From an uncultured Chthonomonadaceae bacterium (GTDB lineage Bacteria > Armatimonadota > Chthonomonadetes > Chthonomonadales > Chthonomonadaceae): DNA of 64,000 nt. Position numbers and translations under genes: made by a program. This document shows positions 42,301 through 54,339 of this stretch, one piece after another. Under the pieces are notes generated by a model that was given only the letters and a program-made list of their open reading frames with translations, was not told where the DNA came from and searched no databases. Position 1 is the stretch's first letter. Every line of letters begins with the position of its first letter. Location: assembly GCA_963835065.1 (NCBI GenBank), contig CAWIEK010000019.1, positions 34,917-98,916 of the forward strand, given 5' to 3'.

Positions 42301-42681
42301 AAGGCCGGGCTGGCGGAAGCGCTTTCGCTGTTGGGCGAATTATCCCAAATAGCGCGGGATGTAACCACAGCGCGCGCCTACTGGTCGCAAAGCCTGGCTA
42401 TCGAAAAGGAAGCGGGAGATAAATCCAGCATGGCCGCGCTGCTGGAAGCCTTTGCCGGGTTAGCCCGTTCAGACACACAGTTTTATGAGGCGGCGCAAAT
42501 GCTGGGGGCGGCGGATACCATTCGCCGCGAGATTTCCAATCCGGTTCGACCCTCGCAGCGCTCGCATCACGCGCAGACAGTCGCCACAGTCCGCGCAGCC
42601 CTGGGCATCGAGCGTTTTCAGCAAGCCTGGGCGGAAGGACAAGCCTTGACGCTGGAACAGGCGCTGCGACTTACACAGTGA
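39382..42681 (+). CDS. AfsR/SARP-type regulator: BTAD plus STAND ATPase plus TPR repeats
   Basis: LYRGELL..W..ER, GPGGAGKTRL, LILDNFEH, GLPLAIEL, TPR-like repeats. Confidence 0.9.
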   Translation: MTLEAAEQAGAVEQPGVVWRIELFGGLRLHHQGHTLHHFKTRRMTLLLARLACFPNRAHPRDTLAEELWPDETPDTLRERFRQTLSMLRRELEPEGVPSCSVLIADRSTIRLASSSFSTDVADFEAACRAARDAQPARQIELLQQASALYRGELLPGFYEDWILTEREHLAELHRQALNRLTTAYATLGQWEPAIETARKVVTADPLCEDSHCALIRVFAQAGRPADAKRQYEELEHLLCAEMEAEPGAATQTLMVQVRSGALMAPAGGGVPVTPSVLGVVSAPSISGVMPAPSVSGALIGTASSATLPVLPVPMTRFFGREEEIARLVSLLPPVAGSASSPPPLVTLTGPGGAGKTRLALEVARLLGGAYGGAVWFVPLADVTHPGLIADAIVETLAVSRSAHAAPMQQAVEFLQTHPAALLILDNFEHLQEEGTPVVQALRQRLPRLSCLVTSRHKLNVEGERDLALPPLQIPEGAETPEALLAYPGIQLFLDRAQAARYSFLLTADNAHAVSLLGQRLEGLPLAIELAAAWAATLAPEQILQRLSRRFDLLVSRRKDVPQRHQSLQAVLEGSYQLLPPKLQRLYARLSVFRGGWTLEAAEKIASVSAQVASVLVQTAGASGQIAGEVGQAGASSFHCLDGLAVLQERSFVQAEERAGEMRYRLLESLREFGAEQLEAEERSALSQSHAAYFLALTEEAQARQRTKEEKQWFDRLEAEYDNLRAALEWAIANAPETALKMAAFLGGFWMTRGFAREGNAWLEKALSSEGEMPQARAEALNYLALMKLSLGDYEEGKNLARESIEMLRRLADKQGTAKALNTLGALLMEQGEFQEAQNCYAECLSLYRDMGNRLGESIVLANLGNLVYGRGEYALACTYYSACLETRRALGDLRGIAAALDYLGRAVREQGDYARACDLHAESLTMRRELNDKQSIALALNHLGAVKTYLGECEEARKLLEESLAYSRETGDKAGLAEALSLLGELSQIARDVTTARAYWSQSLAIEKEAGDKSSMAALLEAFAGLARSDTQFYEAAQMLGAADTIRREISNPVRPSQRSHHAQTVATVRAALGIERFQQAWAEGQALTLEQALRLTQ

Positions 42682-42780
42682 CGGCTTCCAAGCGTAAATG
42701 CCTAACCTTCCTGTTCTCAGGTCTAACCCCATATCAATTTGATTTCATTTTTTCTATTCCACTTTTGGAGGAACTGCCGC

Positions 42781-43864
42781 ATGACACCGGAACTGAATTC
42801 AACGGGCAAGATTGGGATTGGCGTCCTCTCGTGGGCGCATGGACACGTCAACGCTTATGCGGGACAAATTAAGAATTTCGACGACGCGCAGTTGATTGCG
42901 TGTTGGGATGATGACGCGGAGACGGGGACGCAAAAACGCGGACACGTTTGGCATGGCGTTTGAACCGGATTTGCAAATCCTGCTGTCGCGCCCCGACATT
43001 GACTGCGTGATTGTGGCGAGCGAAACCAACAAACACGCCGATTTGTGCATCGTCGCTCTGGAGGCCGGTAAAGCGGTTCTGCTGCAAAAACCAATGGCGA
43101 CCACCTTAGCCGACTGTGACCGCATTATCGAAGCCGTTGAGCGTTCCGGGCAGTGGTTCAGCCTCGCGTTTCAAATGCGGTGCGACCCGCAAAACATTAA
43201 AATGCGAGAATTGATTCAGGCAGGCGCGTTGGGCAAATTGGGCATGGTGCGGCGTCGGCACTGCATCCCCGTGCTGTTCAGCCAGGCGTTCGTCGAAGGG
43301 CCGAGCAAGTGGCACATCAGCCGCGAAGCCAACCGGGGCATGTTTTTCGACGACGCCACGCACCCGATGGACTGGCTGATCTGGACATTGGGCCGCAAGC
43401 CGGTTTCGGTCATCGCCGAAATTGACAACGTGCTGACCAATGTAGCCCCGGATGACACGGGAATCGCCGTTTTCCGCTATGAGGATGGCTTATTCGCCGA
43501 AGTGTGCAATACCAGCGTGACCCTTGCGGGCGAAAACACAACGGAAATTTATGGCGACAAAGGCGTCCTGATCCAAAATCACGGCGACAGCCCCTCCTGC
43601 GGCATCAAGCCACCCCATCCCATCGGCGTCAAGCTGTACCAGACCGACAGGGCAGCCGATGGCTGGCAGGATTTGGGCCTGCCGATCCCCGCCAATCACG
43701 GCGAACGGATCGCCGGCGTCGCTCGTCCGTTCGTCAACGCCCTCAAAGCGGGCATCCCGATGTGTACCGCGGAAGAAGGCCGCCTGTCCGTAGAAATGTG
43801 CCTCGCCGCCTACCACAGCGCGCAAACCGGCCGGCGCGTCGCGTTCCCATACGAGGACGATTAA
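42781..43864 (+). CDS. Gfo/Idh/MocA oxidoreductase (frameshift near 42920)
   Basis: LSWAHGH, QKPMATT, GMFFDDATH. Confidence 0.88.
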
Positions 43865-44168
43865 ACCACGGAGAACACGGAGGACACGGAGAGGAGAGGA
43901 GGAGAGTGGAAACCGCGAAAGACACGAAATAAACGAAAAAAGAAGGAAATAAAGCAGAAGACACAAAACAGAAAAACTAACAAATAATCCATGCCAACTG
44001 ACCATACACAAAGTGATTATCTCAGTTGGTAATCCTGTTTAATCCTTAAAATCCTTTTAATCCTGTCTATTTTCCTTTTGTCTTTTTTCGTTTATTTCGC
44101 GTGTTTCGCGGTTCCCTCCCTCTTCTCTTCTCCTCTCTCTCCGTGCCCTCCGTGTCCTCCGTGGTTTA
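43862..44168. repeat. ~300-bp nested imperfect palindrome between convergent genes
   Basis: TAAACCACGGAGAACACGGAGGACACGGAG ... CTCCGTGCCCTCCGTGTCCTCCGTGGTTTA, with an inner AACCGCGAAA/TTTCGCGGTT pair. Confidence 0.85.
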
Positions 44169-45701
44169 ATCGTCCTCAAGGAACCGGGTCACGTCGGCTT
44201 TCATTTTGGCGAGGGAGGGCGCGTGGATGTACATCATGTGGCCGGCTTCGTATTCGGCGGTGACGATGTTGTGGCGCGTTTCGGGGTCGAGCGGGATGTG
44301 GTTGAGCGTGTATTGGGTGGCGAAGTAGGGCGTGGCGAAGTCGTAGTAGCCCGACGCGACGAACAGGCGCATGTAAGGATTTTTGGCGAACGCGCTGCGC
44401 AGGGCGTCGCTGGTGTCCGCATACCCCTGCCGGATGTTCCAGTCCCATTCCTTGTACAATTCGCGCCCTTCACCCAGAATGAAGTAGGGCAGGTCGGTTT
44501 TGTAGCCTAATTCGGTACGCGCGTAATGGTTGAAGGCGGACGTGTAGGGCGGGCGAATGGCGCTCATGCTCGGATCGAATTCCACCTGGCTGCCAACCGC
44601 GCGGGCATCGCGCCCCGTGATGCGGCTGTCCAATCGTCCCACCGTGCGCTTCTGGCTTCGCAGCAACTCCTTGCAAAAATGCGGCAGGTCAATGCGCAGG
44701 TCGCTGTCGTCTACAAACTGTTCCGACAGGCCGGTATAGCGGGCCAGTTTCACAATCGCGGCGCGGCGCTCTTCCTCGCTTAACGCGCTGCCTTTCATCA
44801 GGGCAAGCGCGTATTCCCCTGCCGCCCACGTTTCGGCTTCGCGCAAGGTTTGCTGCAAATCCGCCTGCAAGTCGGGCGCGAGTTGTTTGTGATACCATGC
44901 CGTCGCCGCATACGTGGGCAGAAACAGAATATAGGGCAGGTCGTTGCCGGTTCCCATGAGCGCGGTCTGGAAGTTGAGAATGGACGAGACGAGCAAAATG
45001 CCGTTGAACGCGATGCCCCGGTCAATCAGATACCCGGCCAGTCCCGCCGCCCGCGTCGTGCCGTAGCTTTCGCCCACAAGATACAGGGGCGAGGCCCAAC
45101 GCTCATAGCGCGTCAGGTACAGCCGGATAAACTCGCCCACGCTGGCAATGTCGCCCTCCAGACTCCAGAACTTCTTGCCCAACTCCGGTTTGGCCGCGCG
45201 GCTGTAGCCTGTGCCGACGGGATCAATAAAGACCAGATCGGTTTTGTCCAGCCACGTATGCGGATTGTCCACCAGTCTGTAAGGGGGCGGGGGCAGGCTG
45301 CCATCCTCCAGCATGGGAACCCGCTTCGGCCCCAACGCGCCCAGATGCAGCCATACGGACGACGAACCCGGACCGCCGTTGAAGCTGAACATCAGGGTCC
45401 GGTCCTGCTTTGCCTGCGCGTGTTGCGGGTCGCTGTCGTCAAAGTCTTTGGTGTAGGCCATGAAGAACATGCCGGCTTCGATTTCGCCCTTGTCGTTCTT
45501 GATGGGCAGCATCCCCGTTGTCACCGTGTAGCGCAGTTCCTGCCCGTCAATCGTGACGACATGCCGCGTAATCACGGGCGGCTCTTCGGCCATTTTCACG
45601 GCTTCCGTTTTCGCTTCGTCCGCCTTTTTGTCTTCTGCCTTCTTGCCGTCTTTTGCCTTATCCGCCTGCGGTTCTTCGGCTCCTGATTCGTCTGATGCCA
45701 T
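44166..45701 (-). CDS. S10 serine carboxypeptidase (no signal peptide)
   Basis: FNGGPGSSS, GESYG, GYYDFATP, AGHMMY. Confidence 0.93.
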   Translation of the reverse strand: MASDESGAEEPQADKAKDGKKAEDKKADEAKTEAVKMAEEPPVITRHVVTIDGQELRYTVTTGMLPIKNDKGEIEAGMFFMAYTKDFDDSDPQHAQAKQDRTLMFSFNGGPGSSSVWLHLGALGPKRVPMLEDGSLPPPPYRLVDNPHTWLDKTDLVFIDPVGTGYSRAAKPELGKKFWSLEGDIASVGEFIRLYLTRYERWASPLYLVGESYGTTRAAGLAGYLIDRGIAFNGILLVSSILNFQTALMGTGNDLPYILFLPTYAATAWYHKQLAPDLQADLQQTLREAETWAAGEYALALMKGSALSEEERRAAIVKLARYTGLSEQFVDDSDLRIDLPHFCKELLRSQKRTVGRLDSRITGRDARAVGSQVEFDPSMSAIRPPYTSAFNHYARTELGYKTDLPYFILGEGRELYKEWDWNIRQGYADTSDALRSAFAKNPYMRLFVASGYYDFATPYFATQYTLNHIPLDPETRHNIVTAEYEAGHMMYIHAPSLAKMKADVTRFLEDD

Positions 45702-45714
45702 CTTTTTCTCCTCT

Positions 45715-45790
45715 GCCTGAGCAGTTGATAGTTGATAGTTCGTAGTTGATAGAGATGCGGGAGCTACGAACTTTCAGCGCTCTTCCGCTT
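45715..45790. repeat. ~75-bp dispersed element, intergenic copy of the insert at 37627-37707
   Basis: GCCTGAG(C/T)AGTTGA(T/C)AGTTGATAGTTC..AGTTGATAGA..CTAC.AACTTTCAGCG is shared. Confidence 0.85.
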
Positions 45791-45830
45791 AACGCCTTGC
45801 GCTAACTTAACACAAAGCTCTCATAGTGAA

Positions 45831-47483
45831 TTAATGTTTTCTTTGTACCCATATCAGATGCATGTCTTCCCTGACGGTTTCTTTACAAACATAATCGGGG
45901 TTGGATTTCAGCCGCACATCGGCCCATCGGCTGTGAGTATCGGCAATCACAACGAATTGGTCATGATCGCGCAGGAACGCGCGCCAGTCCCTGATTGCCA
46001 GCGCGGGGTACTGCTCATGCAGCGCCAGCATCAGCTTGTATTGCACCATTTCCCATCCCACCTCGTCAGGCGCGCTTTGCAAAGCCGCGTTTTCATCCAG
46101 CAGGAAGACGTAGGCGGAACTTTTGGGAGAGTAGTGGACGTGCGGGGGAAAGTACGTATAACTTTCGCACACAATCGGCAGGCTGCCGACTTCGGGAAAC
46201 GACGCGACATCCGGGCCATAGCGCAGGGTTTCGTCGCGCCGGAGCATGCCGACGGTTACGATTGTGAGCAGCAGCAGGGCAAGGGCTGCCAGGATATGCC
46301 GAGGCTGGAGTTTGCCGCTCCACGTTCGCCACGCTTCCAGTCGAGATTGCAGTTCCGCAGCCAGAAAGGTCAGCAGGATGACCCAGGCCAGAAGCGAGGG
46401 AATAAAGTACCTGTCTACAAACACGGACGCGCTGACATGCGAAATAATGTAAGCGGCGACAGGCGGCAGAATCAGGAATAGGCCTGCCAGCAATATCAGC
46501 GGTTTCGTGCCGCCTGCTTGTGTTGTATCGGGGCTGAGGCGGGCTGTGGAAATCGGCGCTTGCGGCGTTCGCTTTGCCAGGCGCGAGAGGACAAAGCAGG
46601 CGGATATTCCAATCGCCAGCAGGAGGGACATTCGGCTGGTGTCCATCAGAAGCGCGTCTATCAAGTCGCGCAGATGCGGCAGGGCAACCCAGGAATAGGG
46701 CTTGAACGCGCCCATCTGGTGCAGCGTCGGTTTGAGCCACAGCAGCGCGAACAAAGCCCATGCCGCCAAGATAGATACAATCATCGGTACGCTGCCCGCC
46801 CGCGTCTTCTGCTCTGACGGCGTACTAACGCGCCATTGCCTTCTATCTACAAGGACGACGGCAAGCAGCAGGGAAGCGCTGTACAAAAAGCCGAACAGAT
46901 GCGTGAACAGCATGCCCGCATGAAACAGCATATTGACGATATAGAAAGACCGGGCGCGTTCGGGCTGCGCGTTCCAGGCGGCGAACTGGTAAATGGTCAG
47001 GGCGCAAAAGAACAGATACAGGCTGTATGGACGCGCTTCCGCATTGTGGCCGGCAAGGTGCGAGGTCAGCACGGCGGCAATGCCTACAAATGTGGGCGCG
47101 GTTCCAAAACGGGGCCGGAGCGTGAGCCATAATACCCAAAATGCGCCGATAAAACACAGGCAGGAGGGCAGGCGCAGGGACAGTTCGGACGCGCCGAACA
47201 CGCGCGCCCACCCCCACAACGCCAGGTTATACAGGGGCGGCAGGGTATTGAAGTGGGATTGAACCCCGACAAACATGTGGCGGAACGACGTATCCGAAGC
47301 CAGGTAGTAGGTCAGCATCTCATCGAACCAGAACGGTTTTTTGGCGGAAGTAACGATGCAGCTTACCAGCAATTGCAGGCTGATCAGCGCGGGAAAGGCA
47401 TATTGCAGCCAGCCCGTTTTCGGCGCATTGGATGAAGTAATACTGCTTACTGTTACTTTTTCAGAGGGTTGTTCTGCTTCCAT
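45831..47483 (-). CDS. GT-C membrane glycosyltransferase (ArnT/GT39-like)
   Basis: FWFDE, PPLY, E.SLRLPS, EARPYSL, many TM segments. Confidence 0.85.
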   Translation of the reverse strand: MEAEQPSEKVTVSSITSSNAPKTGWLQYAFPALISLQLLVSCIVTSAKKPFWFDEMLTYYLASDTSFRHMFVGVQSHFNTLPPLYNLALWGWARVFGASELSLRLPSCLCFIGAFWVLWLTLRPRFGTAPTFVGIAAVLTSHLAGHNAEARPYSLYLFFCALTIYQFAAWNAQPERARSFYIVNMLFHAGMLFTHLFGFLYSASLLLAVVLVDRRQWRVSTPSEQKTRAGSVPMIVSILAAWALFALLWLKPTLHQMGAFKPYSWVALPHLRDLIDALLMDTSRMSLLLAIGISACFVLSRLAKRTPQAPISTARLSPDTTQAGGTKPLILLAGLFLILPPVAAYIISHVSASVFVDRYFIPSLLAWVILLTFLAAELQSRLEAWRTWSGKLQPRHILAALALLLLTIVTVGMLRRDETLRYGPDVASFPEVGSLPIVCESYTYFPPHVHYSPKSSAYVFLLDENAALQSAPDEVGWEMVQYKLMLALHEQYPALAIRDWRAFLRDHDQFVVIADTHSRWADVRLKSNPDYVCKETVREDMHLIWVQRKH

Positions 47484-47701
47484 TAACCTTTTTCATCATT
47501 CAGCGCGTTTCTCGGTTCAGCATGTTTCTTTGTTTGGCGCGTTTACCAGTTCTGCGCCTTGTTCGCGTCCGTAAAAGCGTTGGCAGCGTAGCGTTCCTTA
47601 CGCGCCTCATCCAGTTCATCCAGGTCAGACAGGGGCGCGTTGGCGTTCATTGTGGCTGTCACTTCGTTCTTCACGTTTTGTATTCTCCTGCCGATGTCAG
47701 G

Positions 47702-47944
47702 CTACCATAGCCATTCATTGGCTTCCCATTGCGTTAATACCAATGGTTCCATGTCCGGCAGACAGTCATGCCCCGCTTCCGCCATCGCCTCAAACTCTTC
47801 TTCCCATCCCTCCCGAACGGATTGTGCCGAAAGCATGGCAACTTCAGCCCTTCGCAAACTTTCTAAATCTTCTGCTCGGCATGTTGTATCAAGTGTGGTT
47901 GGCTTTTCTGCGGATTGTTCGCCTGTGTCATTAACGTTTCTCAT
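47702..47944 (-). CDS. Small acidic protein with a MazE/AbrB-type antitoxin tail
   Basis: REGWEEEFEAMAEAGHD..TQWEANEWLW; AGGAGG RBS. Confidence 0.55.
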   Translation of the reverse strand: MRNVNDTGEQSAEKPTTLDTTCRAEDLESLRRAEVAMLSAQSVREGWEEEFEAMAEAGHDCLPDMEPLVLTQWEANEWLW

Positions 47945-48025
47945 GCTGTCCTCCTGCTTTTCACTGGCAGTGGTATTTCACTGCATTGTAAACGCATGAG
48001 AAGAAGATTGTCAAGAGGCAGGCGA

Positions 48026-48871
48026 TTATTTTGCGGCGGTTTGCGCGGGTTTGAGCGTGATGGCGGTGACTTCGGGGAGACAGAGGAAGCGCAGATGACG
48101 AGTCGAGCAGACGCCGCGCGTGACGTAGACGCGGCAGCCTTTGCCCCGGCACAATCCTGCCCGGAATTTCTTGCCGTACTTGCTGTTGATCCAGGGCGCG
48201 GGCAGGCCGGGTAAATGTACCTGACCGCCGTGCGTGTGCCCGGACAGCATCAGGTCTATATGCAGCGCGGGGTCAATGCGTTCTGCCAGATCGGGGTTGT
48301 GTGAAACCAGCAGGCGGGGAATGTCGGCGGGAAAGTCGGCAAAGGCTTGTTCCGGTTCCACTTTACCGCGCCATAAATCGCCCACGCCGCCAATCGCGAT
48401 CTGCTGACCGTCGCGTTCCAATAAAAACGCCGTGTTTTCAATCAGGCGAACAGGCGTGTGTTCGGCAAGTTCGCGGCGCAGCTCGTCGGCGGGATAATAG
48501 TGGTCGTGATTGCCCAATACGCCTACAATGCCATCCCGCGCATTGACAGCATCGAACAGGCCGGACAGAGGAGGCACAATGGCGGCCTGCCGTACAGACT
48601 TGTCGCAAAGGTCGCCCGCAAGAACCACCAGATCAGGGTCGAAGCGGTTCGCCAGCATCAGGGCGCGGCGTATGGCGGCGGCATCCGTCCACCGGGGATA
48701 ATGAAAGTCGGACAGCAGGGCAATCCGGTAGCCGTCAAAGGCGGGCGGAAGATTGGCAATCGAAATTGCCACCTGCTGCAGCACAAGCGCGTTCGGCTCA
48801 ATGACAAACGCATCGAGAGCGCAGGCCGCCGCAATTCCAACTATGCCCGTCAGCATATAGGGTACAATCAA
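48026..48871 (-). CDS. Metallophosphoesterase (YkuE/YaeI-like)
   Basis: SDFH, GD, GNHD, SHNPD, GHTHGGQ. Confidence 0.93.
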   Translation of the reverse strand: MIVPYMLTGIVGIAAACALDAFVIEPNALVLQQVAISIANLPPAFDGYRIALLSDFHYPRWTDAAAIRRALMLANRFDPDLVVLAGDLCDKSVRQAAIVPPLSGLFDAVNARDGIVGVLGNHDHYYPADELRRELAEHTPVRLIENTAFLLERDGQQIAIGGVGDLWRGKVEPEQAFADFPADIPRLLVSHNPDLAERIDPALHIDLMLSGHTHGGQVHLPGLPAPWINSKYGKKFRAGLCRGKGCRVYVTRGVCSTRHLRFLCLPEVTAITLKPAQTAAK

Positions 48872-48888
48872 AGAAAAATCCTTTTTCC

Positions 48889-49003
48889 AGGGTTTTAGGG
48901 TTCTATGGTTTTAGGGTTTTAGGTGTTGGGCACAACCCTAAGATTGGACCCTTGAACCCCTAAAACCTTAACACCCTGAAACCATAGAACCCTAAAACCC
49001 TAA
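48889..49003. repeat. Octamer-armed palindrome (AGGGTTTT)n ... (AAAACCCT)n
   Basis: Directly visible between divergent genes. Confidence 0.85.
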
Positions 49004-49013
49004 CCACCTACCC

Positions 49014-49923
49014 ATGACCTGGATCATTCTCGGCACAATCGCAACCATTATTTCTACCGTCGCCTACATCATAACCGCCCTCTACATTCGGGCGGAATTG
49101 AAGGGGCTGGAAAAAGACCGCTATCTTGTGGTTACGAACCAGCTTTTCACGACGTGGCAGAGTACGGAATTTATGCAGGCGCAATTGTGGCTGCTGCACA
49201 AATTGGAGGAAACGACGTGGGACAGTTTTACCGCCGCGCATCGCGCCGACATGGGCGAACTGGCGTTTCATCGCGTCGGCTCATTTTATGACCGGGTCGG
49301 TACGCTGGTAAAAATGGAGTTGGTAAACGAGCAGGAGATTCTCGCCACGATGGGCGGGTACGCGATTGCCGTGTGGCAGAAAATCGGGCCGCTGGTGCAG
49401 GAAGCGCGGCAAATCGAGAATTCCGTGCTGTTCCAAAACTATGAGCAGATGCTGCCCGCCTGCCATGAGTGTTACGTGCCCGCGCTGAAAATCAACGCCG
49501 ACGTAAACGCGCCACAAAAGACGCCGGTGAATATGTTTATGGCGCAGCCGCCCATGCGTATCGGCCTGCTCGAACTGCGGCGCAAACTGGAACGCCGGGA
49601 GCCGGTAACATTGCTGGATGTTCGGCAGGCCAAACAAGTCGCGCCCGAACACCGCCGCCTGCCCGACGCCGTTCTGGATTGCGCCGGATGAGGTTCAAAC
49701 CCGTTACGCGGAACTGCCCAAAGACAGCGAAGTGATCGTTTATTGCGCTTGACCGGACGAGGCCACGAGCGCCCGTGTGGCGCTCTTCCTACAATCCAAT
49801 GGCTATTCCGCCCGCGCCCTGACCGGTGGCTACGATGCGTGGAAAAACGCCGGCCTGCCCCTCACTTCAATTTCCCTGACGCAGGCCATTGCCCTAACTT
49901 TGCCGGAAAGCCCAATCGTATAA
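49014..49923 (+). CDS. Membrane-anchored protein with a C-terminal rhodanese domain; probable selenoprotein (UGA at 49750) with a frameshift near 49675
   Basis: LLDVR ... WIAPDEVQTRYAELPKDSEVIVYCA-UGA-PDEATSARVA..ALTGGYDAWKNAGLP. Confidence 0.8.
49753..49785 (+). promoter_or_regulatory. Candidate bacterial SECIS hairpin
   Basis: GAGCGCC-CGTGT-GGCGCTC; the loop begins 21 nt after the UGA, with G at loop position 2. Confidence 0.65.
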
Positions 49924-49963
49924 TAGGTTCACCGGGCCAGGGCAATGAAGGGGTATTGGCGAT

Positions 49964-50649
49964 TTGAACTTTGATAAGCGAAAATACAGCAGACGGAACA
50001 CAGCACAAAGAACGCCGATTTCGCTGCGCGGAAAGCGCAGGGCGAACGGGTCTGGAACATTACCTGTGTGCAGGATCAGGACGCGCTTCTGGATTTTGCC
50101 GAGGAGTTGGAGCATTTTCCTTACGGGTTTTTGCTGTGGGAAGCGTCCGTAGCATTGGCGCGGAAACTGGCGGCGAATCCCAATCTGGTGGCCGGCAAGC
50201 GGGTACTGGAACTGGGCGCGGGCGTGGGGCTGCCGGGAATTGTGGCGCGTTCGCTGGGCGCGGAAGTGTGGCAGACGGATCATCAGGCGCACACGCTGTG
50301 GCTGGCGCAGGTCAACGCCGCGCAGAACGGCATAGCGGGTATCACGACATTTGCCGCCGACTGGCAATCGTGGTCACATTCCCGCTCGTATGACGTGGTG
50401 CTGGGCGCGGACATTTTGTATGAGCGGGGGATGCACTTTTATTTGAACGATGTGTTCCGGCGGGTTAAGGCTGCCAATGGAGTCTTGCTGTTGTCCGACC
50501 CCGGCAGACCGCAATCTATGGAGTTCATGGCGCAACTGGAAAAATACGGCTGGCAGATGACGCTGGAAACGCAAACAGTAGAATTGGAAGAAGCCGGACA
50601 GGTCAACAAGCCCGTCGAAGTAGCCCTGTATACGCTGACCATGCCATAA
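49964..50649 (+). CDS. Class I SAM-dependent methyltransferase (family 16-like), frameshifted N-terminus
   Basis: PYGFLLWEAS, VLELGAGVGLPG, GADILY. Confidence 0.88.
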
Positions 50650-50660
50650 ACAACAGCCAA

Positions 50661-51411
50661 TCAGATGTAGACTAAAGCTCCTTGCCAGTATCCGTTTGAC
50701 ACAACACACGCTTCATCACAGGCCTTCATGCGCTCCAATGTGGCTTCTACCATTGACAGCGGCACGCCCCCATCGTACAACACGTCTTCCTCCCCATTAT
50801 ACTCGGCCCGAAATGTTTCCACTAACTCCTGATAAATCAAAATACATTCCGCGAGTTGCGCTACGCTGGAATTGATAAAAGAGTAGGCAATGCCGACTGT
50901 CGGCAAGCCAGTAGTTGGTGAAGTGGCGGTAATCGTCCATGCCTGCCGGCCAACTCAGATGTTGGCTTGTCGTCATGTTCCAGACTTGATTCATCTCCTT
51001 TCCATTCCCCCAGCCACGCCACAACAACCATTGGCCGTCCGGCGACAACACTGGGTCGGAGTACCGTTCTTCCAGTTGTTGGCTGAACGGAACGTGCTTG
51101 AGTGTGGCAACCCCTGTGCGTAAATCATGATGCGCGATGCTATAAAGGGTGGGATGATGGTAGCGATTCAGATGGAGTTCGGCGACTTTTTCATTGGACA
51201 CCCACTGTCTCTCCCACGAATAGCTATCGTAGGCGTCGCTCGTGTCCTCTTCCGATTCAGATTTCTTCGGTTTGTCGTTTACATCCTGCCAGCGAAGCGT
51301 GATGGCGCGTTGCAGCAACAGGCGCTCACTGCCGACAACGGCGCGGCCGCCGATTGCAAGCAGGGCGAAACAGCAAACAATAACCAGAAACGTGAACACT
51401 CTGCGCTTCAT
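50661..51411 (-). pseudogene. Truncated exported beta-propeller-like gene abutting an unrelated C-terminal fragment
   Basis: MKRRVF signal peptide, LSPDGQWLLW, WLADSR; then a different frame reads FINSSVAQLAECIL..YW. Confidence 0.45.
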
Positions 51412-51881
51412 AAGCCTGTTCCTTGTGACAGTACACCGCAACGGGTAAAAAGCAATATGTGTAAAGGCGGGGATTTCGATCAGTATAGCATAAACAAGTA
51501 ACAGAGACAAGCCGGACGCGAATATACGCAGGGCCAGCGCATCAAAAAGGCTCAACACATAACCCGTCGAAGGTGACTCGTCCCTGTGCTGCTTCTCCCT
51601 CCTCATTAACCAAGCCAAAAAGAACACAAAGAAGCAGAAAAAAATCTACATAAATGGCTAAAAAACGAAACATTCCCTATTTCCACCTCGTCTAAATGTA
51701 TACACAAGTCTACTCAGTGTCCGTAACAGTATCAGATCCCGCGTAGGAGCAATCCCTCGTGATTGCCCATCTTCTTCCGTTGGGGTAATCCTTCGTAATT
51801 AACCCAACTACGGAGGAATAGCCTTCGGAATGCGATACCTTGACAGACCCTGAGAGAGCCTACCCCACACAGGTGCAGCCT

Positions 51882-51934
51882 CCCGCGTCCGCAGGACGCT
51901 TGCACTTTCCTGCCGGGTGTTTTCAACACCCGGA
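51882..51934. repeat. REP-like element GCGTCCGCAGGACGC..CCTGCCGGG..CCCGG
   Basis: Copies at ~55413-55462 (inverted), ~61185-61233 and ~61279-61330. Confidence 0.85.
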
Positions 51935-52287
51935 ATTCTGCTAACAAGCCAGGTGGCGGGCCGTTGAAAGTTCAAAGTTCCTTTCAACAATCTAACCTGG
52001 AAGGGAGGTGCAAGAAGATGCCTGTACATACTTCTCGTCCGCCGTAACACTTTCGAGGTCACGACGCCTCTCCTGAAAAACCTGAAACAACGAGACACTG
52101 GGCTGGAAGCGCTGCATTGCCAATATTTCGACGCTGTCTCTACATACTCTTTTTCTTTTTCGTTCAGATGCGCCGAACTTGCGAATATACGCGGTTTGCG
52201 CGGGCTTTAGCGCATACCGTGCCATAATACGATACAATAGAGGGAAGTTATAGAGAAAACAGTGTGTCCAACAGTTAGGTGACGCGA

Positions 52288-54339
<2,052 letters not shown>

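Noticed and set aside
5386..45701. The two S10 peptidases and two KimA-like permeases as recent duplications or misassembly
   Set aside because: The protein sequences are clearly diverged; ordinary paralogues.
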